A stretch of DNA of 61,207 bases, filler included, from Diploschistes diacapsis (Eukaryota), in NCBI GenBank assembly GCA_023645945.1. It is 10 parts of 10 records of this genome, joined end to end, with 100 filler letters (N's around TTAATTAATTAA, not from the genome) between each part and the next. Parts side by side here need not be neighbours in the genome. Positions count along the whole stretch, not along the records: positions 42,995 to 49,001 come from JALAIB010001449.1; positions 49,102 to 55,104 come from JALAIB010001450.1; positions 55,205 to 61,207 come from JALAIB010001451.1; 7 more parts are not named here. One strand, 5' to 3'. Position 1 is the first letter of the stretch. Each line of letters opens with the position of its first letter. The notes beneath the pieces were generated by a model that was not told the origin of the DNA, did not search any database, and saw nothing but the letters and a program-made list of their open reading frames with translations. Positions 48,851 to 61,207 of the stretch are shown here, in pieces. A program made the translations under genes and the position numbers.

Positions 48851-50904
48851 ATTTCCCTCGCAACCTCCCCCTTTCACGAGCGCTCCCTCCTCCCAATCAA
48901 ACTAGTACCTACCCAGCACCCACATAGTACCTGCCCGGCACCTACCCAGTAGTACCCACCCTACCGCACCGGCGGGGTCCAGGCCAGTCTACTATATACC
49001 CNNNNNNNNNNNNNNNNNNNNNNNNNNNNNNNNNNNNNNNNNNNNTTAATTAATTAANNNNNNNNNNNNNNNNNNNNNNNNNNNNNNNNNNNNNNNNNNN
49101 NGGGAGCGAGTGAGAGTGCTGAAGCTTGGAAGAACACTTGGGGGTGGAGGCCAGAAGAGAGAGACGAGGAGCTGGGCGAGCCGGCAAGTAGGGGATGTAA
49201 TTGGAGCCAAGTATATCAACATGCAGTGAGTTCTGCTGGCGTGTATGGTGTTGGGGGGGCACGGGGTACTGGGTCGACCAGGCAGTTTAGGAATATCACG
49301 ATAGATACCCACCCATGCTGTTTTAGTTCTCACTATTTCTAGAAGCCTCGATCGACACCTTCCATCATCTGCTTTATCTGATTCTACCTGCTGGGGGGGA
49401 AAGCGGACATCAATCCCAACAAAGTACCTACTAAATATCCGACCCTCTCGCTCGCTACCAAGTACGTACCTACTTACTACATGGGCTACTTGGCACAGGG
49501 TACTTTACAAATCAATCACCTATCTTCCGATCCTATCGACTACATCACTCCCAAAGCCCCCCTGCTGCTGCACCCCTTACTAGATAGGGGCATACGCCCA
49601 ACCGAACAGCCACGTGCGGCAAGTCAGGCTGGTCAGAAAAGTTTAAGGGGGCCTAGAAGGTTCTTGGCCCTCCTTTGGGGGGGGAATGTGGAAGGGGTAC
49701 CGCCACTCATCCGGACAGATGTTGCAGTTGTATGTGGCTGGTATTGCGCTGCCAGAGATGGGATTTGCATCAGTCGCACATACAGTACCCCCTACCCTGA
49801 CTAGTTGTTTTCGTGTCGCAGAGCTGCCTGGTTTTTGGCTGGTTTTTGCTTTTGGCTCTATTATCTGTGTTGGATGGAATGGACGGATGTGATAAGCAAC
49901 TAACACCTGGCCACACCTGGCCACACAATGAAGCGGGTGACCCTTGTACCTGCGTCAAAGGAAAGGGTTGTTGAAGGCGCAAAGGTCCTCCTATTTACCC
50001 ACTTCTTTTGGCTGGATGGAGGGGAAGGGGTGTTTTTGTTGTTGAGAGATAGGAGGTATGAGGGATTTGTGGATGGAGATGGGGATGGGGGGACGCGTAG
50101 GCAGGGTGTGAACGTGTGATTGGTGATTGGACTTGAGAGAAGGCCAATAATGGCATTCATAAATATTTTCACAAGTTTATGCTATCGTTTATGCTTGCCT
50201 CTCGAGTTATGCATTCTTTATGCATTATGAAAAGAGCGAATATAATGAATACTCTATTGTGCAAGTTCCTTGTTACGTTACGAGTGTTTGGTACGGCCGT
50301 CATGCACCCGCATTTCCCCCATCATTGAATTCCACCCATTCCGTACCGACCTTTGTTACTTTGTGCGTATGCAGTTTGTATGTAACGTAATTACAGTAGC
50401 CGAGTACAGTACCCGTATGGCCCAGGGCCCCTGCCTGAAGCACCTAAACTGCCCTCCAAAGATCTGCTTCCATTCTTTGCTCTCATCACCAATAGAAAGG
50501 TCCAACGAGCTATACCATCTGTAAACGTCCAGACTTCATCTTGCTTTTTCATTTGAGCAGGATTCTCTTCTTGTTGCTTTATACTCTCTCACAGCAGCGG
50601 CAGCTTCTTCTTGCTCCTTCTGTTCAACAAACGCTCTTCTTTCGCTTCCACAATCCAGGACGTGTCCTTCGCACCGGACCCCGTCCCGTCTGACAGCTAT
50701 CACCACCCTCACTTCAGCAGCTTTCCAACGCCGCAAAAACGACTCTTCTTGCTTCTACCCTGTTTCTATCCGTGTCGCAGATGTAGGTAGTACCCAGTGC
50801 TCAAATCTCGGCCGATTTCCATCGCTTTCCGTCTTATCGTGCTGGGTCGGACATTGCTGACTCACTCTTCGCTATAGAGAAACATCGACTCATCATCATT
50901 AAAG

Positions 50905-52107
50905 ATGGCTGCCAACAACAACAAGTCTTCCATCTCCACCATCGGCATGGCCTTAGCTGGCAAGTCCGACTCCGTCGAGATCCCAAAGCCTGCAGGTACT
51001 GGTGCTTGGAACGGCAAAGATGGCTTTGCCGTCGCCGCAGCCAAGTCTGCTCCCAGCAAGGGCCACCGCGGTGCACTTCCCACCCCTCCCAACTCCATCT
51101 CTCCGAACCTGCCTCCTCATCCCTTCAAAGACACCCGCGAACACTCCCCTCTTACTCCTCCCGCCCATGGCGTGGATTCGGACATCGACCTCCAAGATGC
51201 CGTCGAGCATGCGGCTGCTCAAGACAGGTCTGCTCGTGGCTACGGTCTCGGTTCTGGCGGCACTTCGCCCGGGGAGGTCGACTCGACCGGGAGTATCACT
51301 TCCACGCTTCTTGCGGCCCATCACCTGCCAAGCATCCTGTTGAACCACGGTCCCGTCGCCATCCGCCACATCATGGGCCATCTGACAACGTCCGTACCCG
51401 GCTTCTCCGGCATACCCGCTGCCAAAGCCCGCCGCATCGTTGTCGGCGCCCTTGAGGGTAGGAGCGCCGAAGCAACGGGAGGTGTCGATGGAGAGGTCAT
51501 CTTCGAGAAGGTCGGCTGGGGGAGATGGGACGCCCGTCACCGCGGTCAACCCTCGAAGCATGCTTCGAGACAGAGCAGTCCGATCTCGACGCGCCACCGC
51601 GTGCACTCTCCCTCGCCGTACGCTCGCAACATCTTCCACATCCCGCACCGCCCCCGCAACTCCCGCAACCGCATGCCTTCTTCGACGTCCCTGAGCGTCT
51701 CACATCGGTCGGAGAACGAGGCCGACAGGATGTCGATGGACGAAGAAGGCGGCTCGGCCTCTTGCTCCGAAGCGCCCGAGGACGCCTTTCCCAATGGCGA
51801 CGACGGAGAGATGACCGACGAGGAAGATTGGGCGAGCATCGGCGCGGCGGCACTGCGCGCTGGGTTCTCCCTTCCCAAGGCAGGCGCTGCCAAGAAAGGA
51901 GGCAAGTACGACTACAACGAGCGCGTGAGGAGGGAGTCCTCGACGCAGTCATACTGTCGCAAGAGAAGTGGCGGCGGGCCCACCAGCAGTGCACTCGCAA
52001 AGAGTGCGCCTACTCTGAACGACGTTAACATGAAAGACTTAATGGAAGGGGTGGGGGAGGACGACGCCGAGGCCGTCAAGGCTCTTCTACAGTTGGGAAG
52101 CATGTAA
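50905..52107 (+). CDS. STB3: Sin3-binding protein Stb3
   Basis: HLPSILLNHGPVAIRHIMGHLTTSVPGFSGIPAAKARRIVVGALE...IFEKVGWGRW, TDEEDWASIGAAALR, C-terminal AVKALLQL; probable 5'-UTR intron 50783-50877. Confidence 0.9.
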   Translation: MAANNNKSSISTIGMALAGKSDSVEIPKPAGTGAWNGKDGFAVAAAKSAPSKGHRGALPTPPNSISPNLPPHPFKDTREHSPLTPPAHGVDSDIDLQDAVEHAAAQDRSARGYGLGSGGTSPGEVDSTGSITSTLLAAHHLPSILLNHGPVAIRHIMGHLTTSVPGFSGIPAAKARRIVVGALEGRSAEATGGVDGEVIFEKVGWGRWDARHRGQPSKHASRQSSPISTRHRVHSPSPYARNIFHIPHRPRNSRNRMPSSTSLSVSHRSENEADRMSMDEEGGSASCSEAPEDAFPNGDDGEMTDEEDWASIGAAALRAGFSLPKAGAAKKGGKYDYNERVRRESSTQSYCRKRSGGGPTSSALAKSAPTLNDVNMKDLMEGVGEDDAEAVKALLQLGSM

Positions 52108-55100
52108 TAGCATAGCACAGCGTTTGGACATAACTTGATGGAGATTCAACGGCGCCTTTCGGAAGGGATCCGTGGGACAGCCTATACCACATGGCGGAAC
52201 CGGGGCTACTGTTACCTTCTGGCTTTGGATCTTCCTCTCCCTCGAAGGGTTCTGAGCGACAGTTTCTTTGTTCACCTTTTTCTTCTTTGGACAATAGGGT
52301 CGGCACGGTAATGGGCGGATCTAAGAAACACGCCACTGGCCTGGCCGGACCGGGGGGTTTGTAATTGGTTTTCTACTGGGCGGTTTGGCGACCGACACCT
52401 TGGGCTTGCATCAGCATCTTCACTTTCACAACAACATTGTCATACATGACACTTTATAGCGTTCTACTTCATGCTACGTCGAGGGACCGTGACGATTGGA
52501 GTCTGTTACTCGGCATTCAAACCGTTCCTCCTTCATCAACTCCACCACTCGACGTGAAGCATAGACCTGGAGCTCGCCACCGGACTCCTCTTCTTTGCCA
52601 ACGTCCGGATATAGCTTGAGCTCGGTCTTTTCTTTAACACTAGGGTTTTCCACATTCCTTTATCACGTTTGGGTTTTACTACAGTTCAACACCTTTCATC
52701 CATACCGAGCCAAGCGCTCGCAATTATTTCCTGCCTCCAGGCGCGAGTTCGACTTTGGCGTTTTGAATGGTGACACGACTTCGTGTCATGACTTGCATAT
52801 CTAATACAACTACTACAACAACGCCCCATGCTATTCGCCTGGGGCAGTTGGCTCCAACTACAAACTACACAAACGGCCTCGATCGAGAGGCTACAGCTTT
52901 ATGTCGCGCGCGGCATCGGCGAGCAAGCACACATGCAATATCCACTATGCAGCAAGAGCAGATACGCATCTGCAGCAGCCATCGTGCAGCACCATCTCGT
53001 CCAGCACAACCTTTCGCCCCCATCCCTCGACCCTGACCTCGCGGAGCGACAGCGAGGCCAGGCAACACGATATTCCAATACAGCACAACACGACAAGGCG
53101 TCGGCGGTATTCTTCACTGAACCCACTCCGATGCTCCGGGGCAAGATGTTTGACGGCGGTCTTCTTGATTGAACGCACTGCCTTGCCCTTGGTTATGTGC
53201 GAACAGTGTTGGTTTGGGACCAAGGTTGGAGGAAAGGGGTTGGGTGATCAGTGTTGCCTATTTTGGCTGGAGATAGTTTAATCCAGTCCAGCTTGGCTGG
53301 ACATATATGGTTTCTCAGATAGTCTATGATTGATTGAAAGAGACTCGGGAATACAACATAATGTTCGCATACCTTCCTACAGTGCCCTGTGCGTGTTCAA
53401 TGGTTGCAGTGCTCGTCAATATATCTTCGTTCAAACCCTCGATTCCGTATTCCATCGCCAACATTTCTGCACATACAGACAAGAGTATGCAATATGCCAT
53501 GCGCCGCCACGCACGAAGCGATATCGATATACATATATATGGACCGTGTCGAACCGAGATGATGTTAATTCTAAATTCCTTTTTTCCTTTTTTTTTTCCT
53601 TTATCTTATTAGATTTTTTTTCTTTTCCTTTCCTTCTTCCTACCATGTCTTTTCCGCCTACCTCTCTTCCTCTCCTCCATTCAACTTCCATCTTATCTAT
53701 TTCCTTTTTCTTTTCCCACAAATCTTCTTCTTTTTCTTTCCCCCTTCCATGTCGTCCAATGTGTATTATACCTTGCGTATCTAGTCTTTTCCTTTTTTTC
53801 CCTTCCCTTTAATTTTTTTCCCCCTCGAACCTTTCCCCACCGGATCAATCAATACTTTCCGATCCAATCTTCCGAAGCCCCGCTTAATCCATCCCATCAT
53901 CCGACCCTCTCTCTCCCTCTCTCTCTCTCCCCCTTCCCCCTTGGCATTTTACACTTCAATCCCGCCACGCCCACGCAACGCCATGCCCACCATTATATCC
54001 CACCTTTTTTTCCCCACCCACATTACCGGTATTACATCGTATCTTTAACGTTATTTTTTTATATCTTTTTTCTCCCCTCGTACCCCCCTTCTACATACAT
54101 ACATGCCCCTCAACCTTTGCGCCTAAAGCCCTTTTTACACGCCTTCTGCTGCGCTCTTCCCGGTCTTCCACCCCCTTTCCCCCACCTCTTTTTTGCGCAG
54201 AGGGGGGCCGGGGGAGGGAGGGAGTGGTGCTTGGCGAGTAGATTGGGCGGCAGGATCTATCTCCCTGACGGGGGCAGCGACGGAATGGGATGGGGCAGGG
54301 TAGGAAGAACGATGGCATGCGGCATGCATGCGTGGAGAAACGAGATGGATTCTTATTGTTACTATTATTGTTATAACGTCAGGTTGGGAGGGAAGAAAGC
54401 TTGGATATGATTTATGATTTATGATTCGTACATGTGCACAGATGTATATATATATATATATATGTATAAACGCAGACGACCGAAGAAAACTCCGTGAGTT
54501 GGAGTGTGGAAATGCAATGCCTACGGACTATATTATAAAAAGTGGGAAAAAAGAATGGGTAATAACAATAACAATAACAATAACAGAAATAATAATAAAT
54601 CGGGTTATTATTATCTTCAAACTTTCTTAATGTATAAAATTAAAGTTTTTTTTTTTTTTTTGGAAATGGGGGAATCCAGAAACTATTACAAGGGGTGAAT
54701 TTACGCGAACAACAACAACAAAAACAACACGATTGGAGATTGATGGCTGGGCGGCTGCGGAGGAGCAGCGCAACGGGGCTTCGGCTTGGCTTTGACGCGC
54801 CTGCCTGCCGTTGGTTGGTTGTCTTGTCGATGCGCTGTATATAGCATGGCATGCACCACGAAATGTCTTGTCGCTCAAGCCTGTCTGTCTGTCTGCTGCG
54901 ACTTCAGAATCCGTCCAACGTACTACCACACACGTACCCACGTACTACCATACCACCACGTAGAAGATGGTCCCACGGCACACACACACGACGGCCCCAA
55001 CTCAACCGGGCGCCGAACGCCTCTCCTTTCTCCCTCCGCATACCTCGCGCAACGACTTCTCCTCCCGCCTCTCTTCCTCCGTCCCTCCCCCCCAATCCTT

Positions 55101-56828
55101 GGCCNNNNNNNNNNNNNNNNNNNNNNNNNNNNNNNNNNNNNNNNNNNNTTAATTAATTAANNNNNNNNNNNNNNNNNNNNNNNNNNNNNNNNNNNNNNNN
55201 NNNNCACCTTTTAATTTGCGCAAAGATCGTAGCCATTTGTAGTTTGATTTGAGCAGATTGATAGATGGGGTGGGGAAGCGATCTCATACAAAGTGAAAGA
55301 AAGAAAGAAAGAAAGAAAGAAAGGAGGGAGGTAGTCGAATAGAGAAGAGGGGGAAAAAAAAAAAGAAAATAGGACGGTGGAGATGTAGGTAAAGGGTACA
55401 CAAAATGAGAAAGGATAGGCATATATGTTATATTTTTTCTATTAAGTTTACGACGTGGCTATGATAAGGAGCCTTTTTGAGTTACTTTTGGCGTTGGAAA
55501 GACGGGGAGGAGAAAAACGAGGCGAAGCGGATGGGCAAATGCGCTTCTAAGCCTAAATGGATACTCTAGCACAATATGGGCGTAGGGGTGGAGGTCTGGC
55601 AGGCGGGCATCTGACATAGGAGGTAGTAGTCGAGCACGATTCATTCATTCACCTGACAAGTAGAGCAAGTCCTCAGTTCGGTTGTATTTGCATTGCTCAT
55701 CGGCTCGGTATAGAGAAACGCTCATGCTTTTGTTCCTGCTGTTCCTGATGCTGCACCCTGCGTGTTGTTCTCGCTCTTGCTCTCGACGTGTATCCCCGTC
55801 CATGATCCTCCTCTTAGCGCGCCTGCGCTCTTGGAAACTGCACAGGATTATGCTGTGCCGGCGAGTGCTTATTGTACATTTCGGTAATGGAAAATAAAGG
55901 CGCTGCTTGTTTCGTGTCACTAGAAGCAGGGACCATATATCTCCAGCCGTTCCAGAGCCGTATCGCCATCCTCTGCCCACTGTCTATCGTATCCTGCAGC
56001 GACGAAGGTGAGAAGCGGCACGATGGGCGGCGTACGTAGCGAGGCATGTAAATTTCTTCCAGAGGAAGCTGAAAAAGAGAATTTCTCGAATGCAGCGAGG
56101 GCCGGTAACATCTCTTCGAAAAGCCGCGGCAGTCAAAGCAATAATACCCGAAGCAGTACTAGTGTGGTTGTAAAGGGAATATTGAAGAAATAAACAGATG
56201 GATATGAAGCCTCGCCAAGGTCTCCGCTCTCTATGGAAATATCCATCCCCCCCCCCGAATAACCTGGGCCACCATAAGCGAAGGAGGTTGCACGATGGGA
56301 ACAGGCATTCGCTATTCCTCGATTCAAACGTCAACGGTCCGCCGCGAAGCAATAGTAGACCAAAGGGAACTTTTTTCTTTTCGCTTCAACCTCGAATGTT
56401 CATGACAGGCACGGAGAAGCCCAGTCCACAAAGAATCCATAATCAAAGGCCGTAACTCCGTTTCCAGGGCGTATGTGTGACCGCCTCATGTATAGTGGGC
56501 GAATCTACTCCCTCCCCTCCTTTTTCACACACATAACAAAGCAAATATAATACAATAAGCGGTGAAGCGAATGTCGCAGCCTATGCTAGATTATTCCATA
56601 GGATTTCTGGAAGGCGTTGAATGCTGTGAGTCGTTGAATGTTTGACATGCGTTAAAGAACTGGTGTTCGTAGCTGTACGTCGAGTCGTTGAGCGGGTCGT
56701 GGAACCGAGTAATTGAACAGTCGTTCAATTATAGCTGATAGGTTATTGTACATGGAAGAGGCGTGGAACGCGATGCAGACATCTCGATATTCAACAGGTG
56801 CCGTGTCCCCCTTTATGTCAATCCCTCC

Positions 56829-59800
56829 TCAAACAACCGTCATCATGTGGACGGGACCGTGGGTGTGGCCGTGGCCATGTACTTCGTTAGTTTCGTGGGT
56901 GGGCACACTATGAGGCGACAGAGGCCCGACGGATAGGGAGCCTCCCGTTTTCTCCGCTACCGGTGGACTTTTCCGATCATTGCTGGGAGAAGGGCTCGAT
57001 TGTGGGGAAGCATGATGGAAAATATGGGTGACAAAGGGCGGATCCGGAGGAGACGCGGAACGTCGCTCTGGAGTCTTCGGTATGTAGTCGGGATCTTCTG
57101 CTCTGCGAATGACTTCCTTCAATGCCCTGGTCACGACTCCAGCCCGAATGACTAGATCGCGTAGGGAAGTTGTATCGAAAGGCATCTTCTTGGATGGAGA
57201 ACTGGAAGGCGTAGACTCTTCAGCCGACTCGAGCGGTGGATCTAGCGCACTACGATGCTGGTTGATGGTTTCCAGGACATTCTTGGCCCTGGCCACAGAG
57301 TCTTGGCGAGGCCGACCTTTTGGCGTGCCTTGACGCGAGCTCACGGGCGATGGAAACAGGGCTGACTGTGTAGCAGGGGACGTATCCTTCTGGGCGAGCG
57401 ACCCTCTTCGAGAACGCGCAGCGCTGGTCTTTCTGGTGCGGGTACCCACGTTCGGCGAGTCCTCGTCGAAAGAGGCATCGAAGTCGAAGCTGGTGGAATT
57501 GGGAGATCGCGGTGGTTCATCTTCGTCCAGGGTCGCCAGGTCAATGATTCCTTCCGCTTCTCTCCAGAGGCCTGATGATTGCCCGGTCAAAAGACCGTGG
57601 ATGCTGGCCTGGTGATGCAACCGTCGAAGCTCTTCCACCAAAAGACTCAATTCTCTGACTTGACCAAACTGGCCGTGTACGCTGGCCTGCTTCTCAAGTA
57701 TCTCCTTGGGGACGACAACACCTTCGCCCAAAGTAATTTCGCTTGCAGTGTCCTGAACGGCCGGAGAAGGTTCGTCAAACTCGAAATCATTATCCCACTT
57801 TTCGTTATCCCCTTTGCCTCCGAGCTTCCACGAATCTAGCTTTGCACTGTTGTTGAACCTATGCTTTGTGTTTTCCGGAGGCAGAGGGACGCTCTGGCTA
57901 CGGAGATGCACGCCGGCGGCGGGACGACGTCCAGAAGGCCGACCGCCTCTATCGATGGCCTGTTGAGGATGCGCCGTCCTTGGCCTCGGAGATGAGCCGG
58001 ACCCCGATCCTTTCTCCGGCGGCTGCCTTTCCGACCACTCGAAAATATTCGATTTTGGACGTTGTGCAAGACTGACGGAATTCGAGGACAGCGGCTCTGC
58101 TGGGACTAGGGATCCTGCGAAATGTGCTTGGTTTGCTCTCACGGTTGAATCGGGTTCTATGCCCAGCTCCTCATCCCAGTCGTCCTCAACAATGTTCGGC
58201 ATGCTTTCCGCTTGAGATATTTGGTTTTTCTCGGCCCATCCAGCGCTCTCCGTGTCCCTTTCGAACCCGCTTTGATGAAGTAAACGGTTGGTGTTATGAG
58301 ACAAGGATGACGAGGCATTCGACGATGCATCGTGGTGTGCAAGGGACCCTGCGGTGCGATCTTCAGCCTCAGATGGCTTTTGTCGTTGCGTCGGAGTCGT
58401 TACACTTTCTTCCTCGGCAATAAAGTCCTCGTGCTTCCTGTAGCCCATCAGTGGGATGCGAGACAACTTTTCTTGAAAGGCTGACGGATTCTGCTTCGCT
58501 GCTTCCGGAGGAGTCTGGTCTCCGAACACAGTGTCTACGCGATGGCTGCGTGCTCCCGAATGGCTGCTTCCAGACGCATCCGTCCTTAAAGAGTCGTATG
58601 CAGTTTCGCTTCGAAATTCACCGTCTTCACCGTCGGTGGAAAAGACTCGACTTTGTTCGTTGTCGGACCCAAAAGTTGTTGAGTGATCGGACGGCACCCT
58701 TGAGGACCGATTGGGCTGAGAACGGACTCGTACAGATGCGGAGCCACCGTGGTTGGAAGAAACACGAGCGAGCGGACTGTCTTGGTACGATGAATGACCC
58801 TGTTCCTCAAGCATGGATTCGGTGCGGTTGGATGAGCTTGTGCCGGGCAGATCGACTTCAAAGGCCGAGAATTGCTCGAATGGAGGTAGGGGTGGTGATG
58901 AACCCCCAAAGCTATTGAGCTTTCGCGACGGTTTGCCGGTTTCTGAAGCATGCAGAATGATGACGTTCGGCTTCGTACTTTCGAGACCGCTCTGCTGCGG
59001 AGCCGAAACGATCCTTCGGCTCGTGGCGGTATGTTCTCTCCCTTTCTTCCTCTTCAAGCTTCCGCCACGGCTGACCCTCTTTCCCGATGGGGACGATGAG
59101 GGCATGAGGTCACCAAGCGAAAAGGAACTCCTCGATTTCCTTTCCCCCCTAGCGGCAGGAGCCCTTGTTGACCGATCTTCAACGTCAGAGTCTGACTCTT
59201 CCAACGGTCGGAGTGGCGAATCGAATGAGTCAGAGATGTTCATCTCCGGTTTCCGGACCAATGTCCCCACAACTAAGACTGGCTCGAGTCCGAGCCGAGT
59301 ATCAACGCAACAGATATGATCTGATCCCCCCAAGACCTTGGAGAAACTCGCACGTCGGGTTGGAGCCTCCAAGCCAAATTTTTTCCGTCTATAGCGGAAG
59401 AAAGGCCTCCACTGCGAGAGGGAGATGAGTGAGGCTCCGGGATTACGATCTGAATCGTTGAGGCCGTGTGGTGGTTGGCTAAGCGTTTGAGACGTTTTTT
59501 CTGTCAGGCCGATACTCTGTTGAGCAGTGTGTAACCGTAGCTCTTCCGACCGCTGGTAGCTCGTCGCCGGTCTTCGAAATGTAGCGTTGCGTGTAGGAAG
59601 AGGGGTCGTGGATGGAGAACCGCTATGAAGAATACGCTGAGATGTTGAACGCTTTACCAGCTTGTTACGGGGCGTGACAGGCGTCGGATTGGAGAAAAGT
59701 GGTGCGTTGGATCCATTCGAAAATACAGAGGGAGTGCTTGGTCTGTAAAGGCTGGGAGAAGCGAAACTCCCGTCGAGAGATGGAGTGACGGTGGACAGGC

Positions 59801-60173
59801 GCCTGACCCATGAAGCTCTCTTACGGATGCTGTTGTCCTCTGACCCCTCTCTCTTGATCTCGGCTTGCGTGCCCGGTCTATCCCCTTCTCTGTCCAAAGA
59901 AATCTTGCCCTCGCTCGCCGCTCGATATGGTGGGAACTTTCTTTCAAACGTCGGTAAGGCAGGATCGGTTGCAGAGCTTGAGCGTAGGAAAGCTCGAGAT
60001 TGGGTCGGAGGGGTGGACGTTGGGGACAGATGATGTCGGAAAGTAGATGGGGTTAACGCCGTAAAGCGACCACCATTTACGCTCTCGTCCGGCGTGAATC
60101 TTCCAGACGAAGCAGGCTGGGCAAGAGCGTAGCCGATAGCAGCGATCCCACAAGACGCGGTACTTGCGCACAG
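56829..60173 (-). CDS. large Ser-rich hypothetical protein; start uncertain
   Basis: The 1022-aa ORF stays open upstream to ~60185, where a GCTGAC...AAG acceptor lies. Ordered-looking blocks WDNDFEF and QASVHGQFGQVRELSLLVEELRRL. Confidence 0.8.
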   Translation of the reverse strand: MCASTASCGIAAIGYALAQPASSGRFTPDESVNGGRFTALTPSTFRHHLSPTSTPPTQSRAFLRSSSATDPALPTFERKFPPYRAASEGKISLDREGDRPGTQAEIKREGSEDNSIRKRASWVRRLSTVTPSLDGSFASPSLYRPSTPSVFSNGSNAPLFSNPTPVTPRNKLVKRSTSQRILHSGSPSTTPLPTRNATFRRPATSYQRSEELRLHTAQQSIGLTEKTSQTLSQPPHGLNDSDRNPGASLISLSQWRPFFRYRRKKFGLEAPTRRASFSKVLGGSDHICCVDTRLGLEPVLVVGTLVRKPEMNISDSFDSPLRPLEESDSDVEDRSTRAPAARGERKSRSSFSLGDLMPSSSPSGKRVSRGGSLKRKKGREHTATSRRIVSAPQQSGLESTKPNVIILHASETGKPSRKLNSFGGSSPPLPPFEQFSAFEVDLPGTSSSNRTESMLEEQGHSSYQDSPLARVSSNHGGSASVRVRSQPNRSSRVPSDHSTTFGSDNEQSRVFSTDGEDGEFRSETAYDSLRTDASGSSHSGARSHRVDTVFGDQTPPEAAKQNPSAFQEKLSRIPLMGYRKHEDFIAEEESVTTPTQRQKPSEAEDRTAGSLAHHDASSNASSSLSHNTNRLLHQSGFERDTESAGWAEKNQISQAESMPNIVEDDWDEELGIEPDSTVRANQAHFAGSLVPAEPLSSNSVSLAQRPKSNIFEWSERQPPEKGSGSGSSPRPRTAHPQQAIDRGGRPSGRRPAAGVHLRSQSVPLPPENTKHRFNNSAKLDSWKLGGKGDNEKWDNDFEFDEPSPAVQDTASEITLGEGVVVPKEILEKQASVHGQFGQVRELSLLVEELRRLHHQASIHGLLTGQSSGLWREAEGIIDLATLDEDEPPRSPNSTSFDFDASFDEDSPNVGTRTRKTSAARSRRGSLAQKDTSPATQSALFPSPVSSRQGTPKGRPRQDSVARAKNVLETINQHRSALDPPLESAEESTPSSSPSKKMPFDTTSLRDLVIRAGVVTRALKEVIRRAEDPDYIPKTPERRSASPPDPPFVTHIFHHASPQSSPSPSNDRKSPPVAEKTGGSLSVGPLSPHSVPTHETNEVHGHGHTHGPVHMMTVV

Positions 60174-61207
60174 CTTTTTACATTGTCAGCGAGTGTTTTG
60201 CCTCTTGCCTACCACGGTACGGGATTGCATCAATTGAAGGAATAGGGTAAAAGCAGCCAGGCAATGCCTCTGAACGTTGAGAAGGTTTCCGGGAAAGGGC
60301 AGGCCTGACACACATACCGAAGGGATAGCCTCCATCAGCTCGTAGCTCTCACCAACCGAACCAGCCTTGGGCCGTGACGTGGGGGCATTCCAGCTCCTGA
60401 GGTTAAGGGGTTGTGTCTTTGGGTCGTCAAGTCATTAGAAAAGGGTTTCCACGCCAGAGGGCCGAAGGGAAGAACGGGCCTGCCCCAGCGTTCTGCGAGA
60501 TTATGTGCTTTGGGAATGCAAAGGTGGGTTGACGCTCACAGCAGGGCGGAAGTATTACCGCTGGAAAGGGAGAAAATGCAAAGATGACCATGCCAGATAT
60601 TTCTACACGGTTCTATGGGGGATGAGGATAGGAAAAACAAGGCGAAGGAGTGTGAGTGTTGTGCGTGGGTGTAATCCTGACTTGCGAGGGACGCCCATGC
60701 CATGCGAGATCCGGGAATTACAGATACAAAACTATGGTCCAGCTGCCGTCACGCACGCACGATAATACAAGGAGAAGAATGGATGTTCAAATTTCCCCAG
60801 TTACTACAGCAGCCCTTTTTTTGTCTGGTCATGGGCTAATCAAAGTACGTATCTGAGCTACAATGGCTGCCAAAGACGGAGAGCAATCTCGTGTGTGATC
60901 TATCTGGTCATGGCTCAGGCTGGTCGGTGCTCTCCTCCTCCAGCTGGTCACGTTGTTTGAATGTTTTGCCATTGTGAAACCTCTGGATGCTGTACAACAC
61001 GGCCATGCGAGACGGGGCGGTAAAGCTGTCTGGCCGCTGTCTCTCCCTCGCTCCATCAAGAATAGCAACATTCATCCATACTATATCAATCAGGGTAGAT
61101 AGACCTTGCCCCACGAGGGCACCAGCTGCTGCAAGAGAGCGAAGAAAAATTGTCCAAACCCATCTTACCTGCCTTTACTTTCCTGCCTTGTAGGCCCCCC
61201 CCTTCCC

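Noticed and set aside
6111..55160. TTAATTAATTAA recurring about every 6.1 kb as a biological repeat or array
   Set aside because: Always embedded in N runs; it is an artificial six-frame stop linker.
52110..56800. ORFs in low-complexity regions downstream of STB3 and of the large hypothetical gene
   Set aside because: Products of microsatellites and pyrimidine tracts with no coding signature.

Overview
Eukaryotic DNA from a filamentous ascomycete (Pezizomycotina), with spliceosomal introns and RIP-like decayed repeats. It is not one locus. It is ten ~6-kb contigs joined by identical 100-nt N spacers containing a TTAATTAATTAA all-frame stop linker, ordered by non-increasing length (6066, 6056, 6051, 6039, 6039, 6034, 6009, 6007, 6003, 6003 bp), so adjacency across gaps is meaningless. 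Recognisable genes: DUF2470 membrane protein (partial), SPX-SLC13 phosphate transporter, proteasome alpha-2 (partial), Asi3-like RING ligase, velB, NTF2-like protein (partial), a cytochrome P450, a Cys-rich single-pass surface protein, a three-finger C2H2 factor, PAT1, KRE2/MNT1, the last exon of mitochondrial S12, a DUF3455 protein, a DHA1 MFS transporter, STB3 and two hypothetical proteins. Signals not explained by the ORF track: (1) a structured non-coding unit at ~6167-7080 with an Sm-like site, a non-canonical AUAAGU 5' splice site and a distant branch point, resembling the fungal telomerase-RNA 3'-processing signature but with no telomeric template; (2) an internally deleted AA9 LPMO-CBM1 pseudogene; (3) an inverted-repeat element carrying a decayed tRNA; (4) a frameshifted paralogue of the Cys-rich surface protein; (5) MULE-like and possibly Helitron-like remnants. 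All family calls come from motif recognition, not database searches.
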